Shown: one piece after another, positions 8,442-18,016 of the stretch
Layout: each line of letters starts with the position of its first letter
Position numbering within the stretch: position 1 is the first letter of the stretch
Source of the DNA: an uncultured Methylomirabilota bacterium
GTDB lineage: Bacteria > Methylomirabilota > Methylomirabilia > Methylomirabilales > 2-02-FULL-66-22
DNA: 64,000 nucleotides
Reading direction: 5' to 3'
Assembly (NCBI GenBank): GCA_963705305.1
Contig: OY970067.1
Location: 3,232,001 to 3,296,000 of the forward strand
Notes under the pieces: model-generated
Database searches by the model: none
Told to the model about the DNA's origin: nothing
What the model saw: the letters and a program-made list of their open reading frames with translations, nothing else
Program-made: the position numbers and the translations under genes

Positions 8442-9028
8442 AACAACGTATAGACTTTGTTGGTAATATTATTCCCGTCGAGAGGCCCGGATTCAATGCT
8501 CGCATTAAAGTGTTCAACAAAGGCAAAACTGCTGCTAAGGGAGTTCATGCGAGAGTTGAGAGAATCGTGTTGAAGAATGCGCAAAGCAATGTACCACCCG
8601 AGGTGAACATTTATCATCCAACAACAGTGAAGTGGTCTGGTGAACGAGGTTGGGGTCCGGTTGATATTTCTCCACACTCCTTTTTCTTTCTGGATGTGTT
8701 TTGGTCTAAAAGTGAAAGGGTTGTGGACGTCATCGACCATAATGCTGCCCGCTACAGGGAAATCGACAACACTCTCCTCCGGGAAATTATCGAAAAGACA
8801 ATACAGCCAACGGGAGAGGTTTATTGGAATGTATGGGTAGACCTTTCTTACAATCGGGGTATTCCAGATAGGTATGTGTTTCAAGGGAACATTGCGATTT
8901 CATTTATAGTCAATGCGGACAATGCTAATCCGTTGAGCTTTGAAGCCTTGATAGACTGGTCTTATGATACTTACAATTCTCCCAGTGTCCGCATTCGGGA
9001 AGGTGAGAAGTATCTAGACAACGACTAG
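8442..9028 (+). pseudogene. Hypothetical protein, 5'-truncated by the IS481-like element
   Basis: The frame of ORF 8510-9028 stays open back to the element end. AT-rich. Confidence 0.5.
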
Positions 9029-9043
9029 AAGGGGGACGGCGCC

Positions 9044-9316
9044 ATGGATGACCTGTCAATGGAAGTCATTTGTGAAAAGTGTGGATCGCCTATGAAGCGA
9101 ATTGATAAAGAAGTGTTGAGGCCCATTGGTATGTCGACACGTGCTACAGGGGCCAACAATGCCACGTCTGGAACGTCGGTAGAACGGCCAATCGGTGTTT
9201 CAGGGACCTCATATCCGCACGGGGGAGGGTTAAACGAGGCGAGTCCCAAATCGATTAAGATCGTAAAATATGTATGTCATTCATGCAAATGGGAGTGCCA
9301 AAGAATTGTAGACTGA
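9044..9316 (+). CDS. Small zinc-ribbon hypothetical protein
   Basis: CEKC...CHSC pairs, with an RBS (GAAGGGGG) upstream. Confidence 0.55.
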   Translation: MDDLSMEVICEKCGSPMKRIDKEVLRPIGMSTRATGANNATSGTSVERPIGVSGTSYPHGGGLNEASPKSIKIVKYVCHSCKWECQRIVD

Positions 9317-9321
9317 AGACC

Positions 9322-9480
9322 TGACCTGCCCCCGATAAAAGGCGCAGCCAGAAAGCAGCAAGGAAACCATTATCGAGAGGGAGTCAGGCTATGCCGAAAA
9401 GACGTTTCACACCAAATGAGAACATCGCCACGCAACGAAGAGCAGGGCAGGTGGAGAGGGATTAACGTGGAAGCGTCTTC
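9322..9480 (+). mobile_element. Degenerate IS3-family left end with an orfA stub
   Basis: TGACCTGCCCCCG terminus, then ATG 9391 MPKRRFTPNENIA resembling IS3 OrfA starts, then decays. Confidence 0.45.
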
Positions 9481-9854
9481 ATTGTATCCCTCCGTGCCGT
9501 CCAAGGAGTTACCTCTATAATGAGTTCGCCTCAATGAATCGCAGGAAGTTCGATTGGAAAACAATCTGGCCTATCGTCGGGTATGTTCTGCTCGGTCTTG
9601 TGGTGTGGGCGTGGGTTCTCCTCGCCATTTACAATAATGCCCAGTATGTGTGATGACGTGTGCATGCGTTTCGGTTTACAATGATGGTGTCTTTGGTTAT
9701 AGTAAGTCTTCTGCCAGCTTAAACCTCTGTCTCTGTGCGTCAAAATGACTCATCCTATTGAACACATCTCCATAGATTGACAGATTACAGGAGAAAAGGT
9801 ATATTCCAAAAGGTTCTACACCTCTTCTTTCCCATGCACGCCAAGGAGGATGCC

Positions 9855-10115
9855 ATGGCTATCCAATTGAGAGGAATTCTGGTCAAAGCGCTTCGGCAAT
9901 TGGAATCAGAACGTGCTCACCTCGATCGACAAATTGCAGCAGTTCAAGCAGTATTGGGAACATCTGACAGTGGAAACCGCTCAACCGTCAAAACCAGATC
10001 CCGCAAACCACGAACGATGAGTGTGGCAGCTAGGAGAAAAGTTAGTCAGAGTATGCGGAATTATTGGGCTGATCGCAAGAAGGCTGCTGCTAGGGCAAAG
10101 GTAAGAGAATTGTAA
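9855..10115 (+). CDS. Small basic coiled-coil protein, probably DNA-binding
   Basis: RBS AAGGAGG. LRQLESERAHLDRQIAAV...RTMSVAARRKVSQSMRNYWADRKK. Confidence 0.65.
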   Translation: MAIQLRGILVKALRQLESERAHLDRQIAAVQAVLGTSDSGNRSTVKTRSRKPRTMSVAARRKVSQSMRNYWADRKKAAARAKVREL

Positions 10116-10141
10116 AGAGAAAGTCGGGAGGAAGAACATGT

Positions 10142-10396
10142 ATGGGCAAGAAATTTGGGCAAGTTGTTCTTATGTGCGTATTATGGATACCTATAGCCGT
10201 GAGTGGTATCGATAACGTTCTGGAACAACTGGGGTTTGGCCATGGCACTCGGTGGGATTCATTGAATGCTAGTCTCTTTGGGTGGGGCATGTGGCTTGTC
10301 GGCTGTTTCCTGTGGTATATGATCATCGGGTATATCGGGGCTAGGTTTTTCGGAGAAGGTGACAAAAGCAAAAAGGCGAGTCTTCCACGTGGCTGA
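10142..10396 (+). CDS. Small membrane protein
   Basis: 84 aa with two hydrophobic segments. GGGAGG lies upstream. Confidence 0.5.
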   Translation: MGKKFGQVVLMCVLWIPIAVSGIDNVLEQLGFGHGTRWDSLNASLFGWGMWLVGCFLWYMIIGYIGARFFGEGDKSKKASLPRG

Positions 10397-10559
10397 AATC
10401 GATTAGCTCCAAGGCAGAACCCGTAAAACGCGAACAATGAGTGTGCCAGGGACAAAACGAATCAGTACAGAGCCGGTTCCGGAAAATAGGACAGGCGTTT
10501 AAGTGAAAACTCTGCTCTACTGGACGGGACGCATCGCCGTCCCACAAGGAGAGCAGCCC

Positions 10560-10862
10560 ATGAAACGGTCCCGACGGAACCACGCCCCCGCCTTCAAGGC
10601 CAAGGTCGCCCTGGCTGCCCTGAAGGGCGATCGAACCCTCGCCGAGCTCGCGCAGCAGTTCGACGTCCACCCCAACCAGATCACGCAGTGGAAGGCCCAG
10701 CTCCTGGAGCGGGCGCTGGAGCTCTTCGCCACGTCCGCCGAGCGCCAGGCCAGCGTGCCGGATGTCAAGGCGTTGCACGCGAAGATCGGCCAGCTGGTCC
10801 TGGAGAACGATTTTTTGGCCGGCGCGCTCGGTCGCATCCCCGATGCGAGCGCGAAGCGATGA
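10560..10862 (+). CDS. IS3 transposase OrfA
   Basis: RRNHAPAFKAKVALAALKGDRTLAELAQQFDVHPNQITQWK. Confidence 0.9.
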   Translation: MKRSRRNHAPAFKAKVALAALKGDRTLAELAQQFDVHPNQITQWKAQLLERALELFATSAERQASVPDVKALHAKIGQLVLENDFLAGALGRIPDASAKR

Positions 10863-11686
10863 TCGACCGCCAGCACCCCCTGCCCGTCACGCACCAGTGC
10901 CGCCTGGTGGCCGTGACTCGGTCCTCGGTCTACTACACCCCGCGCCCCGTCCGCGCAGGGGACCTGGCCCTGATGCGGCAGCTCGACGAGCTGCACCTGC
11001 TGCATCCCTTCGCTGGGAGCCGGATGCTCCGGGACCTGCTGCGCCTCCGGGGCATGGCCGTCGGCCGGAAGCACGTGGCCACGTTGATGCGGCGGATGGG
11101 GATCGCAGCGCTGTACCGGCACCCCCGCACCACCCAGCCGCACCCGGGGCCCCGGGGGTTCCCGTACTTGCTGCGCACCCTGGCGATCACGGCCCCGAAC
11201 CAGGTCTGGGCCATGGACATCACGTACCTCCCCATGCGCCGGGGCTTCCTCTACCTGGTGGCCGTGCTGGACTGGGCGACCCGCCGGGTCCTGGCCTGGC
11301 GCCTCTCGAACACCCTGACCGGGGACGGTTGCCTGGAGGCCCTGGAGGCCGCGATCCGGGCCCACGGCTGCCCGGAGATCCTGAACACCGACCAGGGGAG
11401 CCAGTTCACCAGCATGGCCTTCGTCGCCCTGGTCCAGCAGCACGGCATCGCCCTCAGCATGGACGGCAAGGGGGCCTGGCGCGACAACTGCTTCGTTGAG
11501 CGCCTCTGGAAGACCGTCAAGTACGAGGAAGTGTACCTGCATGCCTATGACTCGGTGCCTGACGCCCAGCGGCACCTGGTCGCCTATTTTACTTTTTACA
11601 ACCAAGGCCGGCCTCACACAGCGCTGGACGGCCAGACCCCCGATATGGTCTACTTTGCCTCGCGGCCTCAGCTCGAGGCGGCGTAA
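10859..11686 (+). CDS. IS3 transposase OrfB (DDE)
   Basis: PNQVWAMDITY, NTDQGSQFTS and DNCFVERLWKTVKYEEV. ATGA overlap with orfA. Confidence 0.9.
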   Translation: MIDRQHPLPVTHQCRLVAVTRSSVYYTPRPVRAGDLALMRQLDELHLLHPFAGSRMLRDLLRLRGMAVGRKHVATLMRRMGIAALYRHPRTTQPHPGPRGFPYLLRTLAITAPNQVWAMDITYLPMRRGFLYLVAVLDWATRRVLAWRLSNTLTGDGCLEALEAAIRAHGCPEILNTDQGSQFTSMAFVALVQQHGIALSMDGKGAWRDNCFVERLWKTVKYEEVYLHAYDSVPDAQRHLVAYFTFYNQGRPHTALDGQTPDMVYFASRPQLEAA

Positions 11687-11751
11687 CGTGACCCCGGCAG
11701 AGTTTCACTTATCGCGCCCCGATTCCTGTCCAGCTCTTTGGGGCCACCGCT

Positions 11752-12939
11752 GCTGAAGCAGACAACGGGTAACGGCGTGTCGTTCCGAATGAGCCAGCCC
11801 GTTTCCCGGAGGCGCCCCCGGAGATAGTCGCCCAGCGCCGTTTGCCGCTCAATCAAGGTGCCGTAACCGTCCAAACCAAGCTCGGCCAATGCCATGAACA
11901 CTTTGAGCCCGATCATCCGGCGCGACCACTGGACGCTCATGGCGTACTGGTCCACCGTCTGGTCGCCGGTCTCTTTGGGCATATAGGAGGTTGCACTGGC
12001 AAAGGCCCGCTTGACGGCCTCCGGATACCGGCAGAAAAACATCCCCGCCCCCATGGGCACGGACAGCCACTTGTGGGCGTCCCAGGTGACTGAATCCGCC
12101 CGGTCGATCCCGGTCAGCACGCCTCTGAGGCGAGACGATAGCACCGCACTGCCTCCCCAGGCGGCATCGACGTGAAACCATACGCCAAACCGACGGGCGA
12201 CATCAGCCATGTGTGGCAAGGGGTCAATCACACCGGCGCCAGTCGTCCCGGCAGTCCCAATCACCATGAGTGGGAACCACCCTGCGTGACGATCAGCTTC
12301 AATGCGCCGTGCGAGCGCCTCCACATCGAGGGTGAAGGTCTCGCCCAGTGGCACCTCGTGCAAGGCGGACGTGCCCAGCCCGGTCATGCGCGCGATTTTG
12401 ACAAAGGAGTGGTGAGTCTCGCTCGTCAGGTAAATGGCGGGACGGGACGGGAGACTTGCCACCCCCGATTCGGCGAGGCCGGGAAGACGCTGGGTCAGCG
12501 CAGAAACCACCGCCGTGAAATTGGCTTCCGCGCCCCCGCTCGTGAAATGCGCCAGGGTCGTTTCCGGGTCCAACCCGAGCGCCTTCGTAAACGCGCGGAG
12601 GGTCAGGCGTTCAATCTCGTTTGCCGCGGGTGCGTGGGACCAGGCCGCCAGTTGCGGATTGTAGAGCGCGACGAGCGCATCCGCGACAATCGCCGCTGGC
12701 CGGACGCTCGGGTTGAACAAACCGAAATACCGCGGATGGGTCACCTGCACGTTCCAGGTCCGCAGCAGTCGGCGAACCTCTGCGGTGAGCGTTTCCAGGG
12801 GGATGGGCTTGTCAAAGGTGTAGCGGCTCTCCAATTCGGAGCGGATTTCTGCCGGGGTGACCTGCTGCAATACGGGGAGGTGACGGATCTCGTTGGTGAA
12901 TCCCTCGATTTCGTTAATGAGCTGGGTCCATACTGTCAT
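11752..12939 (-). pseudogene. PLP-dependent group II amino-acid decarboxylase, 3'-truncated by IS3
   Basis: HPRYFG, FTSGGAEAN, HVDAAWGG and WDAHKW. Homology ends at PLPVVCFS, where the IS3 repeat begins. Confidence 0.8.
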
Positions 12940-13071
12940 TGTGGTTTTACTTTCGCCTTTCGTTGGTTTCGTATCACAAGTGTTTTTCGTTTTGGCCTGC
13001 CCCCACTGATTGGGCCGCCCACAATGGTAGCTCAAGCCGGCTCCTGACGCCAGCGCAGAAGGCGGTTGCGG

Positions 13072-13106
13072 GTCGAGCTGGGGGGCACAGTCGAGCTGGG
13101 GGGCAC
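13072..13106. repeat. 17-bp tandem direct repeat (2 copies)
   Basis: GTCGAGCTGGGGGGCAC at 13072-13088 and 13090-13106. Confidence 0.85.
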
Positions 13107-13194
13107 GGATTAAACGGTAGGACCGTGTTTACCGGCGCCGAGGCGGGACAGCATTTGTGCCTACTTCAGTTCGCTGTGGCATTCGAGTCCCGCT

Positions 13195-13270
13195 TTGCTC
13201 CCCAGGCAGGACTCGAACGCGCAACGGCTCGGCTAACAGATGAGTGCTCGACAGGTTGAGCAGCCGAGGA
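13195..13270 (-). tRNA. Degenerate (pseudo) tRNA-Asn(GTT)
   Basis: TCCTCGG CT GCTC AACCTGTC GAGC A CTCAT CTGTTAG CCGAG CCGTT GCGCG TTCGAGT CCTGC CTGGGGA G CAA. The acceptor and D stems pair, and the GTT anticodon and TTCGA loop are present. The anticodon and T stems have mismatches and CCA reads CAA. Confidence 0.7.
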
Positions 13271-13296
13271 ATGCCTTTGCGGAGCTCGGTCCAGCG

Positions 13297-13509
13297 CTAG
13301 CGCTTCCGCTCGAACTCCCGTAGGACCTCGGCGTGTACCTGAGGCAGCGTGCGGTCGCCTTCTTCGTTGATCCACCGGAGGGCCGCAACCATGCCGGGTA
13401 GTTGAGCCTCAAACTCCAGGGAGGGGGCTGCGTACTTCAGCATCGCCGGGTTCTTCTTGAGCTTCACTAGCGTCTCAAGCGCGGCTTGCACTTCTTGCGG
13501 GGTTTTCAT
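13297..13509 (-). CDS. Hypothetical protein
   Basis: 70-aa helical ORF (MKTPQEVQAALE..ALRWI), co-oriented with nrdJ. Confidence 0.55.
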   Translation of the reverse strand: MKTPQEVQAALETLVKLKKNPAMLKYAAPSLEFEAQLPGMVAALRWINEEGDRTLPQVHAEVLREFERKR

Positions 13510-13645
13510 TGGGATCTCCGGATCATGATTGCGTTCTGTCGCATGGTAACCGCCCACGGGTATCGCATCTGGAGGCTGTCTCTAAGATCGATGTTTCGGT
13601 TTAGAAACACATCTCAATTACCTTCAACTCCAATGGTGCAGCCGG

Positions 13646-16126
13646 TCAACATTCGCGGAATCCACATTCACATTTCGCGCAACCATCGTCTGTGATCAGA
13701 TTCGCCCCACCGCATTGCGGGCAGAAATTGCCGTTCGCGTTGGTGGGCTGCGGTGCCAGCGCGCCCAGTGCCAGCGCTGGTTGAGGAACGGCTGTGCTGC
13801 CCGAGCTCGCGTTGCCATTCAGGCCTTGCTTGTGCTCCAGGTACCGCTTCGAAGCCTGGGCGATGGCGTCCGGGCCGCTCCGCACCCGGTTTGGGCCAAA
13901 GCCGATCGATCGGCTCCCGGCGATGCCTTCGAGTTGGTCCGCGATCAACTGCAAGCGTTCGAGCGCGTTTGGGAGTCGCTGGAACCGCAGGATGATCGAG
14001 CAGAGACGTGCGGTGGCCTGGGCCCACGCGTTGATGTCGGATCCCGCCTTCCCGCCGTGGCAAAGCATCTCGAACAGCTCCCCCTCGACCTCGTTGAAGG
14101 TGACCTGGAGGTTCCCTTCGGGGGCCGGCTGGGCCACGGTGACGCCAGGGAGGAACGCCGGCCGCTGGCGGAGGGGCCGATCGTCGGGCGTGAGCAAGAG
14201 CTGCATCGGCCCATGCTGAAGGACCACGTCGATAGCCTGCGCGAGGTGGCTGACCTCGATCTCGTTGGGCGTGGGACTGAGCTTCGCCTGGGAGGGCAGC
14301 ACCTTCGCCTCCACCAGTCGGTTGATCTCGGTGGCCAGCCGGCTCTCGATCCCGTGGCGTCGTTCCGCCGCTTCCTTCTGCGTGAGTAGAATGCCCTCTC
14401 GCGAGCCCTCCCGGTAGACGGTGATGCCCTTGCATCCCGCTTCCCAGGCTCTCCGGTAGATCCTGGCCACCGTCTCCGGCGTGGTGTCTCGCGGCAGGTT
14501 TACCGTGACGCTAATGCCTTGGTCGATGTGTTTCTGGAGCGTGGCCTGTAGGAGGATCCGGGCTTCAGGATCGATCTCGTGCGCGGTGACGAAGGTCTCC
14601 GGCAGCGGGTCGGTGTCCTTGGTTCCGGAGATCTGGCGGTACTGGGTCACCAAGGGGTGCTCCACCCGGAACTCCCCCTGTGCCAGCGACTCGCTACGGC
14701 GGATGTACTGGGTGGCAAAGACCGGCTCGATTCCGGAGCTCACGCCGGCGAGCGCGGCGCCGGAGCCGACCGGCGGGACCGTGAGGAGCGCGACATTCCG
14801 CAGGCCGACCTTTCGGATGCTGTCGACGAGTTCCCCCGGGAAGTTCGTGAAGAAGCGGCTGGCCAGGTGCTTGTCCGCGTCGAAAAGCGGGAACGCCCCC
14901 TTCTCCTGCGCCAGCGACACGCTGGTCGCGTAGGCAACCTCCTTGATCTCCGTGAAGAGCCGGTCGGCCATTTGGAGCGCCGCCTCGGAGTCGTAGTGGA
15001 TGCCGAGTTGGATGAACAGGTCGGCCAGGCCCGTGAACCCGGCGCCGATCCGCCGCGACGCCAGGCTGGCCTCTCGCTGCGCGGCCAGCGCATGCCGGGG
15101 CGCGTTGTAGTCGAGGACATCGTCCAGGAACCGGACCGTGTAGCTGACTGCCTCCATGAGCTGCGGAAGGTTGATGTTCGCCTGGGGGGTAAACGGCGCG
15201 TCCACGAAGGCGGCGAGGTTGACGTTTGCCAGGGTGCAGTTGTGGTGCGCCCCCTGCGGTATCTCGCTGCACGGGTTGGTCGAGATCACCTCCATGCCGG
15301 CGTACTCCGACGTGCTCCCGGCCTTCACCGTGTCCCAGAAGAGGACTCCGGGCTCGGCGAAGTCTCGGGCGCCCGTGATGATCTCGGTCCAGAGCTGGTG
15401 GGCCCGGATCACTTCCCGGACGTGGTAGCGGTCCGCTTCGTTCGCGAACTCGAGCACCCACTCCGTGTCGTCCTCCACCGCCTGCATGAAGGCGTGGGAG
15501 ATCCGGACGCTGATGTTCGCGAATTTGAGGCTGGTGTTATCCCGTTTCACCCGGGTGAACGCCAGGATGTCGGGGTGCGTGTCGCCGAGGGAAATCATCA
15601 GGGCGCCGCGCCGACCGCGCTGCCCGATTGTCCCCGTGGTGGCGCTGAACAGGTGGATGAACGAGACGGCCCCCGAACTGGTGATGGCCGCGTTTCGGGT
15701 GGGCGTCCCGTTCGGACGCAGGGTGGAGATGTCGAAGCCACAGCCCCCTCCTCGCTTGTAGGTCTCGGCCATCTCGTGACAGGTCCGGAAGATTCCCTCG
15801 ATGGAGTCCGACGGGGACGGGAGGACGTAGCAGTTGGCCAGCGTCACGTGGCGGGGATTGCCGGCCCCGGTCATCACGCGGCCTCCAGGGATCATCCGGT
15901 AGTTGCCCAGGAGCCACCGGAACCGCCCGGTCCATTGCACCCGCCGCTCCGCGTCTGGCTCGACGCTGGCGATCTCGCGCGCGATCCGATCCCACATCTG
16001 GGTGGGCAGGATTTCGAGCGGCGCATTGTTCTCGTCCCGGGCGGCGTACTTGTCAAAGAAGGTCCGAGCGCGGAGTTCGTCCCCTCCGAAGGCGGCGAGG
16101 GTGTCAGCAGGCAGGGGAGCTTTCAC
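13646..16126 (-). CDS. nrdJ: Adenosylcobalamin-dependent (class II) ribonucleotide reductase with C-terminal TSCPD/Zn-ribbon
   Basis: PGGRVM, TLANCYV, GGGCGFDISTLRP, RRGALM, TNPCSEI, HIDQGISVTVNLP, KGITVYREGSR and a terminal CPQC..CAKCECG. Confidence 0.92.
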   Translation of the reverse strand: MKAPLPADTLAAFGGDELRARTFFDKYAARDENNAPLEILPTQMWDRIAREIASVEPDAERRVQWTGRFRWLLGNYRMIPGGRVMTGAGNPRHVTLANCYVLPSPSDSIEGIFRTCHEMAETYKRGGGCGFDISTLRPNGTPTRNAAITSSGAVSFIHLFSATTGTIGQRGRRGALMISLGDTHPDILAFTRVKRDNTSLKFANISVRISHAFMQAVEDDTEWVLEFANEADRYHVREVIRAHQLWTEIITGARDFAEPGVLFWDTVKAGSTSEYAGMEVISTNPCSEIPQGAHHNCTLANVNLAAFVDAPFTPQANINLPQLMEAVSYTVRFLDDVLDYNAPRHALAAQREASLASRRIGAGFTGLADLFIQLGIHYDSEAALQMADRLFTEIKEVAYATSVSLAQEKGAFPLFDADKHLASRFFTNFPGELVDSIRKVGLRNVALLTVPPVGSGAALAGVSSGIEPVFATQYIRRSESLAQGEFRVEHPLVTQYRQISGTKDTDPLPETFVTAHEIDPEARILLQATLQKHIDQGISVTVNLPRDTTPETVARIYRRAWEAGCKGITVYREGSREGILLTQKEAAERRHGIESRLATEINRLVEAKVLPSQAKLSPTPNEIEVSHLAQAIDVVLQHGPMQLLLTPDDRPLRQRPAFLPGVTVAQPAPEGNLQVTFNEVEGELFEMLCHGGKAGSDINAWAQATARLCSIILRFQRLPNALERLQLIADQLEGIAGSRSIGFGPNRVRSGPDAIAQASKRYLEHKQGLNGNASSGSTAVPQPALALGALAPQPTNANGNFCPQCGGANLITDDGCAKCECGFREC

Positions 16127-16406
16127 TGTGGATCTCCGAACAGCGTAATCGGGTCACGGATGGGGTCAGCAGACCGATCCTGGTCTGCGAGCGCCGCGTC
16201 CGGGGAGCAGACTACTTGCCGGTGGCGTGGTCGCAAGGGGAGAAAAATGCATCGAATGGGGACACAGATCCCCCAAGGTCTGGGGACGATCCTATCCAAC
16301 ACGCCGTGTTGCATAGTCGACGCAGCCGTGGCAGCCGCAGAGATGCTTTCCAGGGTGCGGCCCCCGCCGGGTCTTTCTGGTGTGCGGGCAGAGATGAGGG
16401 TGGAGC

Positions 16407-17783
16407 CTATCGTTCTCCGTCCCCCAGAATGTAGGGGATTGTCCCCATCCATTCGGCGAGCGGGGCAGCGAGGCTCGTCCGCCGGTTTGGATCCCAGTCC
16501 TGGTACAGCTGGTACACCATGGCCGCTCGGCGGACAAGGGTACTTCCATCGTAGGCATAGGTTCTGGTCAGATGGCGAACCCACGTGGCTTCCGGGTCTG
16601 TCGGCTGCCCGGCCGCCGCCTCCGATGCCAGGGTCTTGAGTTCCTCGTGCCAATCGCGGTGTCGATACCCCTGTTGAATCCTTTGCGCCATGGTGGGGTC
16701 GCTGATGGCAATCGGGAGGAGGAGCGTCGTCAGGTCCTCCAGGGTGATCCGGGGTGTCACGATCGTGCGGTCGCGGCTCGTGAGGTCTGTCTGGAACAGC
16801 GTGCCCAGCGCATGTCCCGACAGGGATGTGAGGAGGCTCTTCGCCACCGGCGTCGGCACCTTCGGGCGGGTCGGCATGGGGATGGTGCTCCACGCGGTCA
16901 AGGCCTCGACGTGGATGGCCGGGTCGAGCTTGGGAACACGGAGCAGGCAGCTCTGGACCTCCGCCGGCGCGGCCAGCCACACCGGCAGGAGTTCCGCGAT
17001 CCGCTCCGGCGTCAGGTGCTCGAGCGCGAAACGGTTCACCCGGTGCGCCTCGCCGGATGCGATCGCCATGCGCAGGGTGTCCTGGTTCTTGCGCCGCTCC
17101 GCCGAGGCTCTCCGACTCTGGAGTCTGGCCTCCTTTTGCCTCGCCAGGCGAGTGGCCTCGGCGGCCTCCTGGGCAGCCGTGTGGCGACTCCGCGCCTGTT
17201 CGAGCAAGCAGCCCAATTCCTTCCGAGCTTCGGGGATCCAGTTCGCCCTGATGGCCTCGCTGATCGGCTGGACATGCGGATGAGCCCGGCATTTCTCCAG
17301 GAAGGCGTCGGCAATCACGGTCGGGAATGGACCGTGGATCGAAAGGCAGCAGCTCGGGAAGTCGGTGTGGCGGTCCCGCGGGATCTCCTCCCAAAATGGG
17401 TGGCTCCAGTCCTGCCCCCGGATGGCGTCCGCCAGAAACGCCGCGACCGAGCGGTGCCGCTGGGCGTTCGTCCAGAGGTGATAGGACGAAAAGCGCTCCA
17501 GCCAGGCGTGCGGGATCTCAATCCCCACGAAGCCGTTGCTATCCGTGACATTCTGAACTGCCTGGACATGGGCCGGGCACGTCGGCGTGAGATCGGCCAA
17601 GGTGACGTACTCTGCCATCAGGGCGGCTTCGACCATCCCAGAGTCTTCTCGGAGTGCGTCCAGCAGGAACGGGGCGAGTTCGCGGTGATACCCCGTGGAT
17701 GCCGCTATCCCACCAGGCGGGGGACCTGCGTGCTCGCTGGGGGTCGTTTCAGGATCTGCTGGCAAGAGATCGAGTTGGGTCAT
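16407..17783 (-). CDS. Hypothetical protein
   Basis: Long ORF with protein-like composition from MTQLDLLP. No family recognised. Confidence 0.6.
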   Translation of the reverse strand: MTQLDLLPADPETTPSEHAGPPPGGIAASTGYHRELAPFLLDALREDSGMVEAALMAEYVTLADLTPTCPAHVQAVQNVTDSNGFVGIEIPHAWLERFSSYHLWTNAQRHRSVAAFLADAIRGQDWSHPFWEEIPRDRHTDFPSCCLSIHGPFPTVIADAFLEKCRAHPHVQPISEAIRANWIPEARKELGCLLEQARSRHTAAQEAAEATRLARQKEARLQSRRASAERRKNQDTLRMAIASGEAHRVNRFALEHLTPERIAELLPVWLAAPAEVQSCLLRVPKLDPAIHVEALTAWSTIPMPTRPKVPTPVAKSLLTSLSGHALGTLFQTDLTSRDRTIVTPRITLEDLTTLLLPIAISDPTMAQRIQQGYRHRDWHEELKTLASEAAAGQPTDPEATWVRHLTRTYAYDGSTLVRRAAMVYQLYQDWDPNRRTSLAAPLAEWMGTIPYILGDGER

Positions 17784-18016
17784 CGTGCTTGCGTCCTGTG
17801 GCTCAGCGGCATTCCGAAGATGGGGCTCCCCATACACGGGGAGGCCCCCCATCGGTGTGCGGTGCGCCCACCCTCCGTCCTCGCCGTAGGTGGGGACGTT
17901 TTGCTTGGGAGAGTAGCCCGTGTCGACTCGCCGGCCGTGCCCCCCCAGCGTGGACTTCGTCCGATGGTGTGGGAGCCTCCCCGGACCCCCGCGCTCTTGG
18001 TCGCATGGTTGATCGA

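Larger units (their letters stand above)
10469..11751 (+). mobile_element. IS3-family insertion sequence
   Basis: Imperfect 27-bp inverted repeats, both ending GGACAGG, flank orfA/orfB. GC-rich against the left flank, with no direct repeat. Confidence 0.85.

Noticed and set aside
8442..10468. AT-rich small ORFs as integron cassettes
   Set aside because: No convincing attC (RYYYAAC..GTTRRRY) boundaries and no integron integrase were seen.
16297..16311. Palindrome CAACACG-C-CGTGTTG upstream of nrdJ as an NrdR box
   Set aside because: It is a single copy with a GC-rich centre and matches the AT-rich tandem NrdR consensus poorly.
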